DNA from: Candidatus Poribacteria bacterium
Lineage (GTDB): Bacteria; Poribacteria; WGA-4E; WGA-3G
Direction of reading: 5' to 3'
Assembly (NCBI GenBank): GCA_965205025.1
Contig: CBDBFU010000002.1
Coordinates: forward strand, 256,001-320,000
Length of the DNA stretch: 64,000 nucleotides
The notes beneath the pieces are model-generated. The model had not been told where the DNA came from and made no database searches. It worked only from the letters and a program-made list of their open reading frames with translations. Below, piece after piece: positions 1-8,531 of the stretch (positions are counted from its first letter, which is position 1; every line of letters starts with the position of its first letter). Position numbers and translations under genes: made by a program.

Positions 1-707
1 GCCAATGTCAGAATACTCCTATCCTCCCTTTCCGAATGACCTTTGACCGCATATCCTTTGAGGTCCAGACGTCGTATACCTGTCGTTGTATCCCATAGAC
101 GGATTCTACCTTCACGAGTTCCAGTGGCAAGACTGCTACCGTCTTCGGATAATACCACAGACTCGTATGAATCTATCTCTCGATACCTCGACTCTTTACT
201 GCTGGTATCCAGATTCAAAAGGGGAAAATCCGACACAATCCTGCCAGTGTCCACGTTCCAACGGATAATACTAAAAATGTCAAGACTGATGAGCGTTGTA
301 TTGTCTTCTGAGATAGCGATTGTGGTAGGTGAACCGGCTGACATGAAGATCGCGTGTTTGCTATCAGTATTCAAATCCCATAGCTGAATATTGGGGTTGT
401 TAAGTCCGCCACTTGCGAGCATTTTTCCATCTTGTGAGAATGCCAATGCATTTGCTTGCCTAACCCCTTCTGTGAATAAAGCGGTCTCTTTGCCATCCTC
501 TACATCATATAGCCACACGCCGACATCTGTTCCTACGGCGAGGCGCGTGCCATCAGGTGAAAATCGCATGATGTTAATCCCACCTTTTCCGAGACGCGCG
601 ATTGCACCTTCAAGTAAACCTACTTGTGTGTTGTCCTGACATAATCCGGTCAAGTGTATTACTACTGTCAATAGAACAGCAATAAAAAGCAGATATTTTG
701 TTTTCAT
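1..707 (-). CDS. Secreted WD40-repeat protein (runs off the window edge; missing from the ORF track)
   Basis: ATG at 707 with AGGAGA RBS (715-720). Manual translation MKTKYLLFIAVLLTVVIHLTGLCQDNTQVGLLEGAIARLGKGGINIMRFSPDGTRLAVGTDVGVWLYDV... shows a signal peptide followed by WD40 blades. Confidence 0.85.
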   Translation of the reverse strand, partial: MKTKYLLFIAVLLTVVIHLTGLCQDNTQVGLLEGAIARLGKGGINIMRFSPDGTRLAVGTDVGVWLYDVEDGKETALFTEGVRQANALAFSQDGKMLASGGLNNPNIQLWDLNTDSKHAIFMSAGSPTTIAISEDNTTLISLDIFSIIRWNVDTGRIVSDFPLLNLDTSSKESRYREIDSYESVVLSEDGSSLATGTREGRIRLWDTTTGIRRLDLKGYAVKGHSEREDRSILTL

Positions 708-860
708 GTGTGAATCTCCTTACTAATCTACCGTGAATTTGATATATAGCAAATTCTAAACATAGGGCAAATTAACTTACGGTTAGGTTTCCTAATCCGG
801 ATGGGTGAGGGGACCTTGCCTGGACAAGAAGTCCAACATCTTGTTTTTCCAAGCTCATAC

Positions 861-980
861 TCAATTACCTCTGAAGGATACTTCAATATCCAACTCTAAA
901 TCTGGAATCTGTTTCATGAGATTTTGAAGTGGAGTCATATCTTGAATTGGATTCTCCGCGACCTTTAAACTCGTTATTAT
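861..980 (-). pseudogene. Orphan C-terminal fragment of an LRR gene
   Basis: Translates IITSLKVAENPIQDMTPLQNLMKQIPDLELDIEVSFRGN*, matching the end of the 4234..4998 LRR protein (LYIKGNPIQDMTPIYKLCQQNPNLKLDI). In-frame stop immediately upstream. Confidence 0.75.
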
Positions 981-997
981 TCACATCTAATTACCCC

Positions 998-2614
998 TTA
1001 ATCTATTGCAAAGTCGCTTAACAAAGCGGGTGTAGCTGTATCAAAACCGACAAAATCCAGCATGCCAGCATCTTGGGGGTCAGCAATAGAAAAGTCATTT
1101 GCTACCATTGCTACAACCGCTAATTTTGCGGGTTTCCCCATCTCTTGCCGATACATATCAAGTGCTGTTTTCGGGTGTATATCACCATGCCACGTTTCAT
1201 TATCTGTATAGATAGTGAACATGTCTACCTCAAGCTTGTTCTCTAATGCATATAGCATAGGTAGTGCACAATCAGTGCCTCCGTGCGGTAGTCCAGAAAC
1301 TGCTTTGATAGCACTTGTCAACCTATCGGCTGCAGTAATAGGGATGTGAACGAACTCGTCTGAAAATCCGAAGATATGGTAATTCGGTTCAGTGCGTGCG
1401 GTCACCAATGCCATCGCAGCGGAAGCACGTCTCGGCGTAAGTCCTTGACAACCTGCCACAATACCACCTTTCATTGATCCGGAAACATCAAGTGCTAAGA
1501 ACGTGTTCTTATGACTCGGTTCTACGTTATCAAACGCCATGTAAAATGCAGCGTCTAAACCCTCAACAATCTGCGGAACGGGTTCCCATGTCAAACTTCC
1601 TCTGACTCCTGAACCAGACCTATATGTAGTCAACGCCATCAAAATCTGGATAGGATGGATAAGCGAACGTTGAATCGCATTCGCGGAGAGTCTATCCAAG
1701 ACTATCTGAACTTCTGGTGCAAAAGGTTTCAACAGACCGACTTGCGTCATCTTACCGAGGTTTCGTACCGTTGCCATCACTGGCATGTTAGCTAATAACG
1801 CTGCCCAGACATTTATATCATCCTTCCACTGATTTGGCACCATTTCATGTGTAAATTGATGTTTCTCAATCAAATTGATGACTTCCGCGCGTTTTTGCGT
1901 GCTTTTCAGTTCTTCATATCCAGCAAGTAATTCGGGCAAAGCATCTGTAGCATCGTAAACTGTAGAAACCTTTTCTTCTAAACCGCGATGCACAGTCCGT
2001 TTTTCTGTCCCAAGTCCTTTGATCCAACGGTAGATACCTCGGTTTTCACCGTAGTGACATTTTGAAAGGACATCTGCATGTCGCCAACTATTCCGAGACT
2101 GATATTTGAGAACTTGATACGCTAACGCATCGTCGCCTTTCGTGCGATACCACTCGCCAACTAACCGACGTAATGCTCTACCCCAGCCACGCATACCATC
2201 TATAAACGCTACGAAATTGAAGAGGTGCGTTCCGATACGCGCCACGTCGCAGAATACTTCTTGCACTTTCTGCTTTGTGTCAGCGTTACCGTGGGTGAAA
2301 GCGAGTGCCAATGCATATAAAGCTGGATCGTTTTTCGGTGCGCGTCCAGAAACAGAAATCTCCTTGATTCGTTCAACCACCTGAACCCCATCCTCGGCAA
2401 TGCACTGCTTGACAGAATCAACATTTACTTTTGTCAAATCCTGTTCCGCTGCATAATAGGAGCCACCTTCGGTGCCTAAAATGAGAAACCGGTCCAAATT
2501 TGTCCAGATAGAAACAGGATACGCAAACCCACCAGCCGAGTTTTCGATCTGTCGTTCGTCCAAAGGTTGTCGCTGGTTCGGATGCAATGGTGAATATTTT
2601 CGTAGATAACTCAT
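998..2614 (-). CDS. rsr: Ro60-related RNA-binding protein (TROVE + vWA)
   Basis: NSAGGFAY, RFLILGTEGGSYY, KYQSRNSWRHAD, vWA MIDAS LDVSGSM, GGTDCALPM, YTDNETW, MLDFVGFD. Start placed at ATG 2614, which has an AAAGGAG RBS at 2622-2628. Confidence 0.95.
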   Translation of the reverse strand: MSYLRKYSPLHPNQRQPLDERQIENSAGGFAYPVSIWTNLDRFLILGTEGGSYYAAEQDLTKVNVDSVKQCIAEDGVQVVERIKEISVSGRAPKNDPALYALALAFTHGNADTKQKVQEVFCDVARIGTHLFNFVAFIDGMRGWGRALRRLVGEWYRTKGDDALAYQVLKYQSRNSWRHADVLSKCHYGENRGIYRWIKGLGTEKRTVHRGLEEKVSTVYDATDALPELLAGYEELKSTQKRAEVINLIEKHQFTHEMVPNQWKDDINVWAALLANMPVMATVRNLGKMTQVGLLKPFAPEVQIVLDRLSANAIQRSLIHPIQILMALTTYRSGSGVRGSLTWEPVPQIVEGLDAAFYMAFDNVEPSHKNTFLALDVSGSMKGGIVAGCQGLTPRRASAAMALVTARTEPNYHIFGFSDEFVHIPITAADRLTSAIKAVSGLPHGGTDCALPMLYALENKLEVDMFTIYTDNETWHGDIHPKTALDMYRQEMGKPAKLAVVAMVANDFSIADPQDAGMLDFVGFDTATPALLSDFAID

Positions 2615-2634
2615 GATTTTACTCCTTTGATGGA

Positions 2635-2704
2635 GCACGGGCAAGGTGTGTATTACGGGTTTTAACGGTTATTGATAAAGTTAACGTAATACTTCGGCCC
2701 GCAC
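2635..2704 (-). ncRNA. Short Y RNA (YrlB/metazoan-like), proximal copy
   Basis: GTGCGGGC(C)GA pairs with TTGCCCGTGC to form the bulged-C Ro-binding helix. Second helix GTATTACG/CGTAATAC. Directly upstream of rsr. Confidence 0.75.
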
Positions 2705-2711
2705 AACGGGA

Positions 2712-2836
2712 ACTCTGGATAAGTAAAGAGAATACGGGTACGCTCTACCGCTGAGCTACAGCAGGTTTCGCATTACACACAACCTGCTGACAGGAGTCGA
2801 ACCTGCCACCCACCACGCATTCATTCGACCCAGAGT
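2712..2836 (-). ncRNA. yrlA: YrlA-type Y RNA with permuted tRNA-like domain
   Basis: Ro stem ACTCTGGGT(C)GA/TTATCCAGAGT, then T arm GCAGGTTCGACTCCTGT, loop-closed acceptor-like stem CAGCAGGTT/AACCTGCTG, then D arm TAGCTCAGCGGTAGAGC. T-before-D order next to rsr is diagnostic of YrlA. Confidence 0.9.
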
Positions 2837-2869
2837 AATGCTTTTGTTCATATATTCAATTTTCATATA

Positions 2870-2944
2870 TTAACGGGCAAGGTGTGTATTACGTGTTTTC
2901 CGTTGGCCAAACGGAGTAGATAACGTAATACTTCGGCCCGTTAA
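2870..2944 (-). ncRNA. Short Y RNA (YrlB/metazoan-like), distal copy
   Basis: TTAACGGGC(C)GA pairs with TTGCCCGTTAA. Helix GTATTACGT/ACGTAATAC and apical hairpin TCCGTT-TGGCC-AACGGA. Confidence 0.8.
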
Positions 2945-3005
2945 AGACGGTTGATTTTCAATATCACATATCTTCATTCAGCTTCTGTATAGTTGAAAAT
3001 ACGAA

Positions 3006-4095
3006 CAGGACTTACGCAGTTTTAAATTTTATTGAAGGATTTGAGAGTTGATGTTTTAAGTAATCACTCAATAAACCATCTTTAAACTCGTAAATCTTTT
3101 GTCCAACAGCACGTACAACACGCGTCATAAAGACCCATACTTGGAAACTACACGCAATATGATTTCTCTGGGCACGCACCTTACGACATTGGCATTTACC
3201 AATACCGGTTACTTGTTTCATCTCACGATGAAGGAGTTCAATCTTCCAACGGAGACGACACTTTTGGTGAGTCATATCCACATTTGATTGTGTCAAATCG
3301 TTTGTCACTATATATTCCGTGCGTCCGGTATCAGACACAAACCGGAATAACTTTACGACAGAACCTTTCGGAAAGTTTTTGAGATGTACGCGTTTACCGC
3401 TTTTCTTTTCTGCTTGAGACCAAGATAGATCTTTGACTGCCTTGTGAGGTTCTACACCTTTGGTATCATTCACAAGACGGTTTCGTTTCAACGGAACATA
3501 ATAGATCTTAGAAAGTCTATCAATCGCTTTCATCACTTTCATGGACGCATACCAAGAGTCCATCAAGACTGTCCGGAATGGGAGTTGTTTCTTAGAATAA
3601 GCATCGTGCAACATATCCAATAAATGATCGATTTTGGTTTTACCGTCATGATCTCTGTCAAAAATACGGTAATCAATGACCCAATATTCCTGTGTCTTAG
3701 GGTTGACATAGAGACAGGTGACAATACCGATACCTTGAATCACCTTTCTGTCACTACCACTCCATTGAGAGCGTACTATTTCAATCCGTTTAGAATGTAT
3801 TTTTGACAGCACAACATCATCAAAAATCAGGTATCCTTCTTCATCAAAGTCGATGTCGTCTTTGACGGATGCCCAGAGTTCACTTGTAGGAATGTTTTCG
3901 TCTCTCAGAAAGCGATTGAGTTGATCGTGGCTCCAACGGTCTGTATGTTTAGCAAAATAAGTTTGTGTAAAATTAGTGAAACTTGAAAACAAATATTGAC
4001 AATAATCGGAAAATAAGTCTTGCTTCTTTTTAGAATGTGTAAATGTGTTCATAATCAATAAGAATAACACATTTTGTAATTTTGCGTAAGTCCTG
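3006..4095 (-). mobile_element. IS701-family insertion sequence, copy 1 (1090 bp)
   Basis: 13-bp terminal IRs CAGGACTTACGCA/TGCGTAAGTCCTG. Flanking direct repeat TACGAA at 3000-3005 and 4096-4101. Confidence 0.92.
3012..4052 (-). CDS. IS701-family DDE transposase
   Basis: SHDQLNRFL, LIFDDVVL, VLMDSWY, RWKIELLHREMKQ. The stop codon lies inside the IR. Start placed at MNTFTH because the ORF-track start lies outside the element. Confidence 0.9.
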   Translation of the reverse strand: MNTFTHSKKKQDLFSDYCQYLFSSFTNFTQTYFAKHTDRWSHDQLNRFLRDENIPTSELWASVKDDIDFDEEGYLIFDDVVLSKIHSKRIEIVRSQWSGSDRKVIQGIGIVTCLYVNPKTQEYWVIDYRIFDRDHDGKTKIDHLLDMLHDAYSKKQLPFRTVLMDSWYASMKVMKAIDRLSKIYYVPLKRNRLVNDTKGVEPHKAVKDLSWSQAEKKSGKRVHLKNFPKGSVVKLFRFVSDTGRTEYIVTNDLTQSNVDMTHQKCRLRWKIELLHREMKQVTGIGKCQCRKVRAQRNHIACSFQVWVFMTRVVRAVGQKIYEFKDGLLSDYLKHQLSNPSIKFKTA

Positions 4096-4233
4096 TACGA
4101 ATAAGCATCCATATCAATAAAACAAAATTATAAATAAACCAAGAATAACGAGTAAACCGAACATTATTATCACATGATAAGGTATAAAAATGAAAGCTGA
4201 AATGGATTCAATCCCACACAATACACGATTAAT

Positions 4234-4998
4234 CTATAATACAATGTCGAGTTTCAAGTTCGGATTCTGTTGACAAAGCTTGTAAATCGGGGTCATGTCC
4301 TGAATTGGGTTCCCCTTGATATACAAGGTGCTTAAACTCGGTAAGTTCTCAATAATACTAACATCTCTGATGTTATTGTTTGCAATGCATAACCGTCTTA
4401 GCTTCAGCAATCTGGAAAGTGGTGTAATGTCATTTATGTGACACCCTTCAATACTTAAATCAGAAAGTTGTGTAAATTCTGATAGTTGACTAATGTCGTT
4501 GCTAATCTGAAGTCGATTCATTGATAATGAAATCAGCAATGGAAATCGTCTGAGTATTCTATAAATGTGTGATAAATCTTGTATAGGATTCGTTCCAAGA
4601 TATAATGACCGAAGCTCCTTCAAACCAGCAATTGGAGTAAAGTCACTGATCTTATTAATGTTTAAAAATAAAGTCTGAAGCTGCGTCAAACTTGAAAGTG
4701 GTGTAATATCCTTAATTTTATTATCACGTAGATTTAAGTGCGTCAACTTATTCAAATTCGCTAAAGGTCTGATGTCCTCAATTTCATTATTACTATATAG
4801 ATGTAACATCTTCAACTCTGTCAAATGTTCAATTCCTGTTAGATCGCTAACATAAAAGTAAACAGCAGTCAGTTTCTCCACACTTGTTAGACTCTCTACT
4901 GAAATTGGTTCATCCGTATCCAAGCCAATTGCCCCTCTGATTAGTTTAGCTAATCTTGGATCGGGTATATGGATATATTCTTTATTAGATTTATTCAT
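4234..4998 (-). CDS. Leucine-rich repeat (internalin-like) protein
   Basis: IPDPRL cap followed by repeated LxxLxLxxNxIxDIxPL units. Confidence 0.92.
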   Translation of the reverse strand: MNKSNKEYIHIPDPRLAKLIRGAIGLDTDEPISVESLTSVEKLTAVYFYVSDLTGIEHLTELKMLHLYSNNEIEDIRPLANLNKLTHLNLRDNKIKDITPLSSLTQLQTLFLNINKISDFTPIAGLKELRSLYLGTNPIQDLSHIYRILRRFPLLISLSMNRLQISNDISQLSEFTQLSDLSIEGCHINDITPLSRLLKLRRLCIANNNIRDVSIIENLPSLSTLYIKGNPIQDMTPIYKLCQQNPNLKLDIVL

Positions 4999-5061
4999 TA
5001 CTTTGCTAATTTATGGTAAAATTTCAATTTAAATGATAGATGCGCGAACACCTGCCTTATC

Positions 5062-7788
5062 TTATTTTGTTATGGTGACATCCCACAACAATACCGTGCC
5101 ATCCCTGCTCCCGCTGGCAATAAACTTACCTTCAGGACCAAACACCACACTATAGACCCCAGCCGTGTGTCCACTCAGGGTATGTAGTAGTTCACCTGTG
5201 CTGGCATCCCATAAACGGATTGTGCCATCGCCGCTCCCGCTGGCAATAAACTTACCATCAGGACTAAAAGGCACGCTATAAACCCAACCAGTACTTCCAT
5301 TCAGGGTATGTAGTAGCTCACTTGTGCTAACATCCCATAAACGGATTGTGCCATCGTAACTCCCACTGGCAAGCACCTGACCATCAGGACTAAAAGATAC
5401 ACCATTGACCCCAGCCGTATGTCCATTCAGGGTATGTAGTAGCTTGCCTGTGTTAAGATTCCATAACCTAAGTGTTTCGTCCAAACTTCCACTGGCAAGC
5501 ACTTGTCCATCAGGACTAAATGATACATCATTGACCCCAGCCGTATGCCCACTCAGGGTATATAGTAACTCACCTGTGTTAAGATCCCATAGGTGAATCG
5601 TTGCGTCCGTGCCCCCGCTGACAAGCAACTGACCATCGGGACTAAAAGAGAGACTTTTGACCGTAGCAGTATGTCCTTCGAAGGCAATATGTCCTTCTAT
5701 CGTGCGGTGCAGCACACCTGTACTAACATCCCATAAGCGAATCAGTCCATCAATGCTACCACTGGCAAGTACTTTTCCATCAGGACTAAATGATACACTA
5801 TAGACATCCGCCCAAGCTGCCGACAGCGCATGTAAGTGTCTACCCGTGCTAATATCCCATAAATGGATCATGTTATCGTCGCCTCCACTGGCAAGGAGTT
5901 GGCCATCAGGACTAAAGGATACGTTAAAGACCCAACTTGTATGCCCTTCAATGGCATGGTGTAGCACACCTGTCCTAACATGCCATAAACGGATTACCGT
6001 ATCCCCACTTCCACTGGCAAGGATCCGTCCATCAGGACTAAAAGACACGCTACATGTCTCATATATATGTACATTCAAGGTTTGCAGTAATTCACCTGCG
6101 CTGACAACCCATAAGCGGATCGTGTCATCGTCACTACCACTGGCAAGCAGTCGCCCATCGGGACTAAACGATACACTGCAGACATCAGCCGTATGCCCGT
6201 CAAGTGTGCGGTGCATCTCACCTGTGCTAACATCCCATAAACAGACTGTGTTATCCCCACTTCCACTGGCAAGGAGTTGACCATCAGGACTAAAAGATAC
6301 ACTATGAACATCAGCAGCATGTCCATTCAGGATTTTCAGTGATGCCCCCGTACCAACATCCCATATGCGAATCGTGTCATCGTTGCTCCCACTGGCAAGG
6401 AGTTGACCATCAGGACTAAAGGACACACTGTTGACCAAATCGGCATGCTTATCAAGTGTGCGGTGTAGCACACCCGTGTTAACATCCCATAAACAAATCG
6501 TTGCATCTGTGCTCCCACTGGCAAGCAACTGTTCATTAGGACTAAAAGACACACTGTTGACACCAGCCGTATGTGAACTAAAAGTGTGCAAGTGTTTACC
6601 TGTGTTACCATCCCATAAACGGACCGTGGTATCCTCACTGCCACTGGCAAGCAGTCGTCCATCGGGACTAAAAGACACACAGTTGACACCAGCAGTGTGT
6701 CCTGTAAGCAGTTCACGTGGTTCACCGGTCTGTACGTCATATATCCAAATACCGATACTGCTTGCAACTGCCAGTCGCGTGCTATCTGGAGAATATGCTG
6801 CTTCCGCTACCCCTCCTTTGCCGAAACGCATTTCTGCATCTTTTGGTAGACTCCATCGCGTGTAGTTGCTTTGATTGCCTAAAATCTGGTTTGCTTCCTG
6901 TGCAGAACTACCACCCTTATCGCTATCATCAGAAGCTACTCCTAACTGATTTCGAACCTTAGGTTGCTCCTCAGGATTCAGCACAACAGGTGCATCAATT
7001 AATTCTACCACCAATTCAGATTGAGAATCCAAACTATAGGGATGTTGGAAACGTGCTAAGTATCGGTTACCCAATCCGAGTATCAGTACAATCAAGATCG
7101 CACTTGATGCAGCAATTGCCCATGGCACTAAAGGTTTGCTACTGGACGGTGCAGCAGGTTTGATACGCGAAATCTCTTGCATAATATTTTTTGTAAGTTG
7201 TGTAGGTAGTTGGAAACTACTGAGGTTTTCGTTTATCACCGTTTCTTCATTCCTTAATCTGTTGCGTGCCCGGTGGAGTCGACTGCGAACAGTATTTGTT
7301 GATACTCCCAAAAACTTTCCGATATCTTCACATGTCATTTCAGCGATGTAATACAGATTGACGACTGTCCTCTCACTTTCTTGAAGCTTACTTAGCAACC
7401 TCTGAACCAGCTCTCGTCGTTTTTGATTTGCTGATTCTTCGCGTTGTTGGGTTATATACACTGAATAATACACCTCCTCTAATACACTGGGATTCATCGC
7501 TTCTAACGACTGTGGTTGTGGTTTTTTCTTTCGGTGCCACGCGATACATGTGCGGTTGACAATGACATAGAGCCATCCCGCAAAACTATTAGGGTTTTTC
7601 AGCGTTGTAAGCTTATGATATGCTGTAAGAAACACATCCTGCGTAATCTCTTGCGCTATGTGAAAATCACCAATCTTCTGCCACGCTAATACATGTATCT
7701 GTTTTTGGTATTTTTCCACAAGCGCAGCAAACGCTTGCTGATCCCCTTCTAAAGTATGTTGAATCAGGTCCGCATCATCATATTTCAT
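5062..7788 (-). CDS. ECF sigma factor fused to TM helix and 14 WD40 blades
   Basis: Sigma region 2 (DFHIAQEITQDVF, FAGWLY) and region 4 (EDIGKFLGVSTNTVRSRLHRAR), hydrophobic WAIAASSAILIVLILGLG, and GH..V..VSFSPDG..LASGS.D.TIRLWD repeats. Confidence 0.93.
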   Translation of the reverse strand: MKYDDADLIQHTLEGDQQAFAALVEKYQKQIHVLAWQKIGDFHIAQEITQDVFLTAYHKLTTLKNPNSFAGWLYVIVNRTCIAWHRKKKPQPQSLEAMNPSVLEEVYYSVYITQQREESANQKRRELVQRLLSKLQESERTVVNLYYIAEMTCEDIGKFLGVSTNTVRSRLHRARNRLRNEETVINENLSSFQLPTQLTKNIMQEISRIKPAAPSSSKPLVPWAIAASSAILIVLILGLGNRYLARFQHPYSLDSQSELVVELIDAPVVLNPEEQPKVRNQLGVASDDSDKGGSSAQEANQILGNQSNYTRWSLPKDAEMRFGKGGVAEAAYSPDSTRLAVASSIGIWIYDVQTGEPRELLTGHTAGVNCVSFSPDGRLLASGSEDTTVRLWDGNTGKHLHTFSSHTAGVNSVSFSPNEQLLASGSTDATICLWDVNTGVLHRTLDKHADLVNSVSFSPDGQLLASGSNDDTIRIWDVGTGASLKILNGHAADVHSVSFSPDGQLLASGSGDNTVCLWDVSTGEMHRTLDGHTADVCSVSFSPDGRLLASGSDDDTIRLWVVSAGELLQTLNVHIYETCSVSFSPDGRILASGSGDTVIRLWHVRTGVLHHAIEGHTSWVFNVSFSPDGQLLASGGDDNMIHLWDISTGRHLHALSAAWADVYSVSFSPDGKVLASGSIDGLIRLWDVSTGVLHRTIEGHIAFEGHTATVKSLSFSPDGQLLVSGGTDATIHLWDLNTGELLYTLSGHTAGVNDVSFSPDGQVLASGSLDETLRLWNLNTGKLLHTLNGHTAGVNGVSFSPDGQVLASGSYDGTIRLWDVSTSELLHTLNGSTGWVYSVPFSPDGKFIASGSGDGTIRLWDASTGELLHTLSGHTAGVYSVVFGPEGKFIASGSRDGTVLLWDVTITK

Positions 7789-7826
7789 CTAAAACCTCAA
7801 TACGCAAATTGGTCATTTGATTCATA

Positions 7827-7855
7827 TAGACGCGATTTTGTGATGCAGAATTGCA
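7827..7855 (-). promoter_or_regulatory. Putative ECF promoter TGCAAT-N17-CGTCTA
   Basis: Motif shared with the other ECF-WD40 upstream regions. Confidence 0.55.
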
Positions 7856-7918
7856 TATTTCGAAGAAAAAATCGAATTTTAATGGAAGAACGATTATTAT
7901 TTACACACCATGTCTGTT

Positions 7919-8398
7919 CTAATGCGTTTCATTCTTACGTTCAGGTTCAAGGTATTGACGGTTAAAATCTATCACTATATCTTTACAGAACTCATCCAGC
8001 TGCTCCAGCGATGGCTTGCCGACAGGGGTATAGAACCCTAATAATCCTTCAGCACCTTCATAAAAGCATATAGATATTTCTACAACGGGTAAATGTTGTT
8101 CATTCTCCCATTCGCGATAAGATATGTTGAATACGATCTGTACAAAATATGCCCAATCTTCTTTTACATCATTCTTAACAATCTTAACATCACCGAGACC
8201 CACTAACTCTTGTTCAATATATTTTTGAAGGGCTTCTCTAAAATTGGTCGTCTCATGTTTATCTTTTGAGCGGTCAGTTTTAATACCTTCTTGATAGCAA
8301 GACGTAACTCTGACAGCAACTAAGAACTTATTTTCAATCTTCGTCCGTCTGATCTTAGATTTATAAGATGCAGTCTTTGGAAATTTATCCGTTTCCAT
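7919..8398 (-). CDS. Hypothetical protein
   Basis: 159-aa ORF with AAAGGAG RBS. No recognisable motif. Confidence 0.7.
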   Translation of the reverse strand: METDKFPKTASYKSKIRRTKIENKFLVAVRVTSCYQEGIKTDRSKDKHETTNFREALQKYIEQELVGLGDVKIVKNDVKEDWAYFVQIVFNISYREWENEQHLPVVEISICFYEGAEGLLGFYTPVGKPSLEQLDEFCKDIVIDFNRQYLEPERKNETH

Positions 8399-8430
8399 TA
8401 TCGCAACTCCTTTGTATTAGATTGTAATAT

Positions 8431-8452
8431 GCGCAATGAATTGCGCGACTAC
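8431..8452 (-). repeat. GTAG-type REP hairpin
   Basis: GTAGTC-GCGCAAT-TC-ATTGCGC. Confidence 0.6.
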
Positions 8453-8531
8453 AAACGCTGTAATTCTAAATTTTGGACAATTCCGCGTGTCCGCTTAGTA
8501 GATTGTTTTTAACTTGTAAGACCTCAGGCAT

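Noticed and set aside
2740-2810. tRNA gene
   Set aside because: The T arm precedes the D arm and there is no anticodon arm or free acceptor end; it is the YrlA tRNA-like domain.
2635-2944. Mini CRISPR array
   Set aside because: Only two units, each folding end to end like a Y RNA, and no cas genes in the window.
4053-4112. N-terminal extension of transposase copy 1 in the ORF track
   Set aside because: It extends past the IR and is absent from copy 2.
969-4153. 10-bp inverted match AATAACGAGT bracketing the Ro60 module as transposon ends
   Set aside because: Too short and AT-rich, with no target duplication seen.
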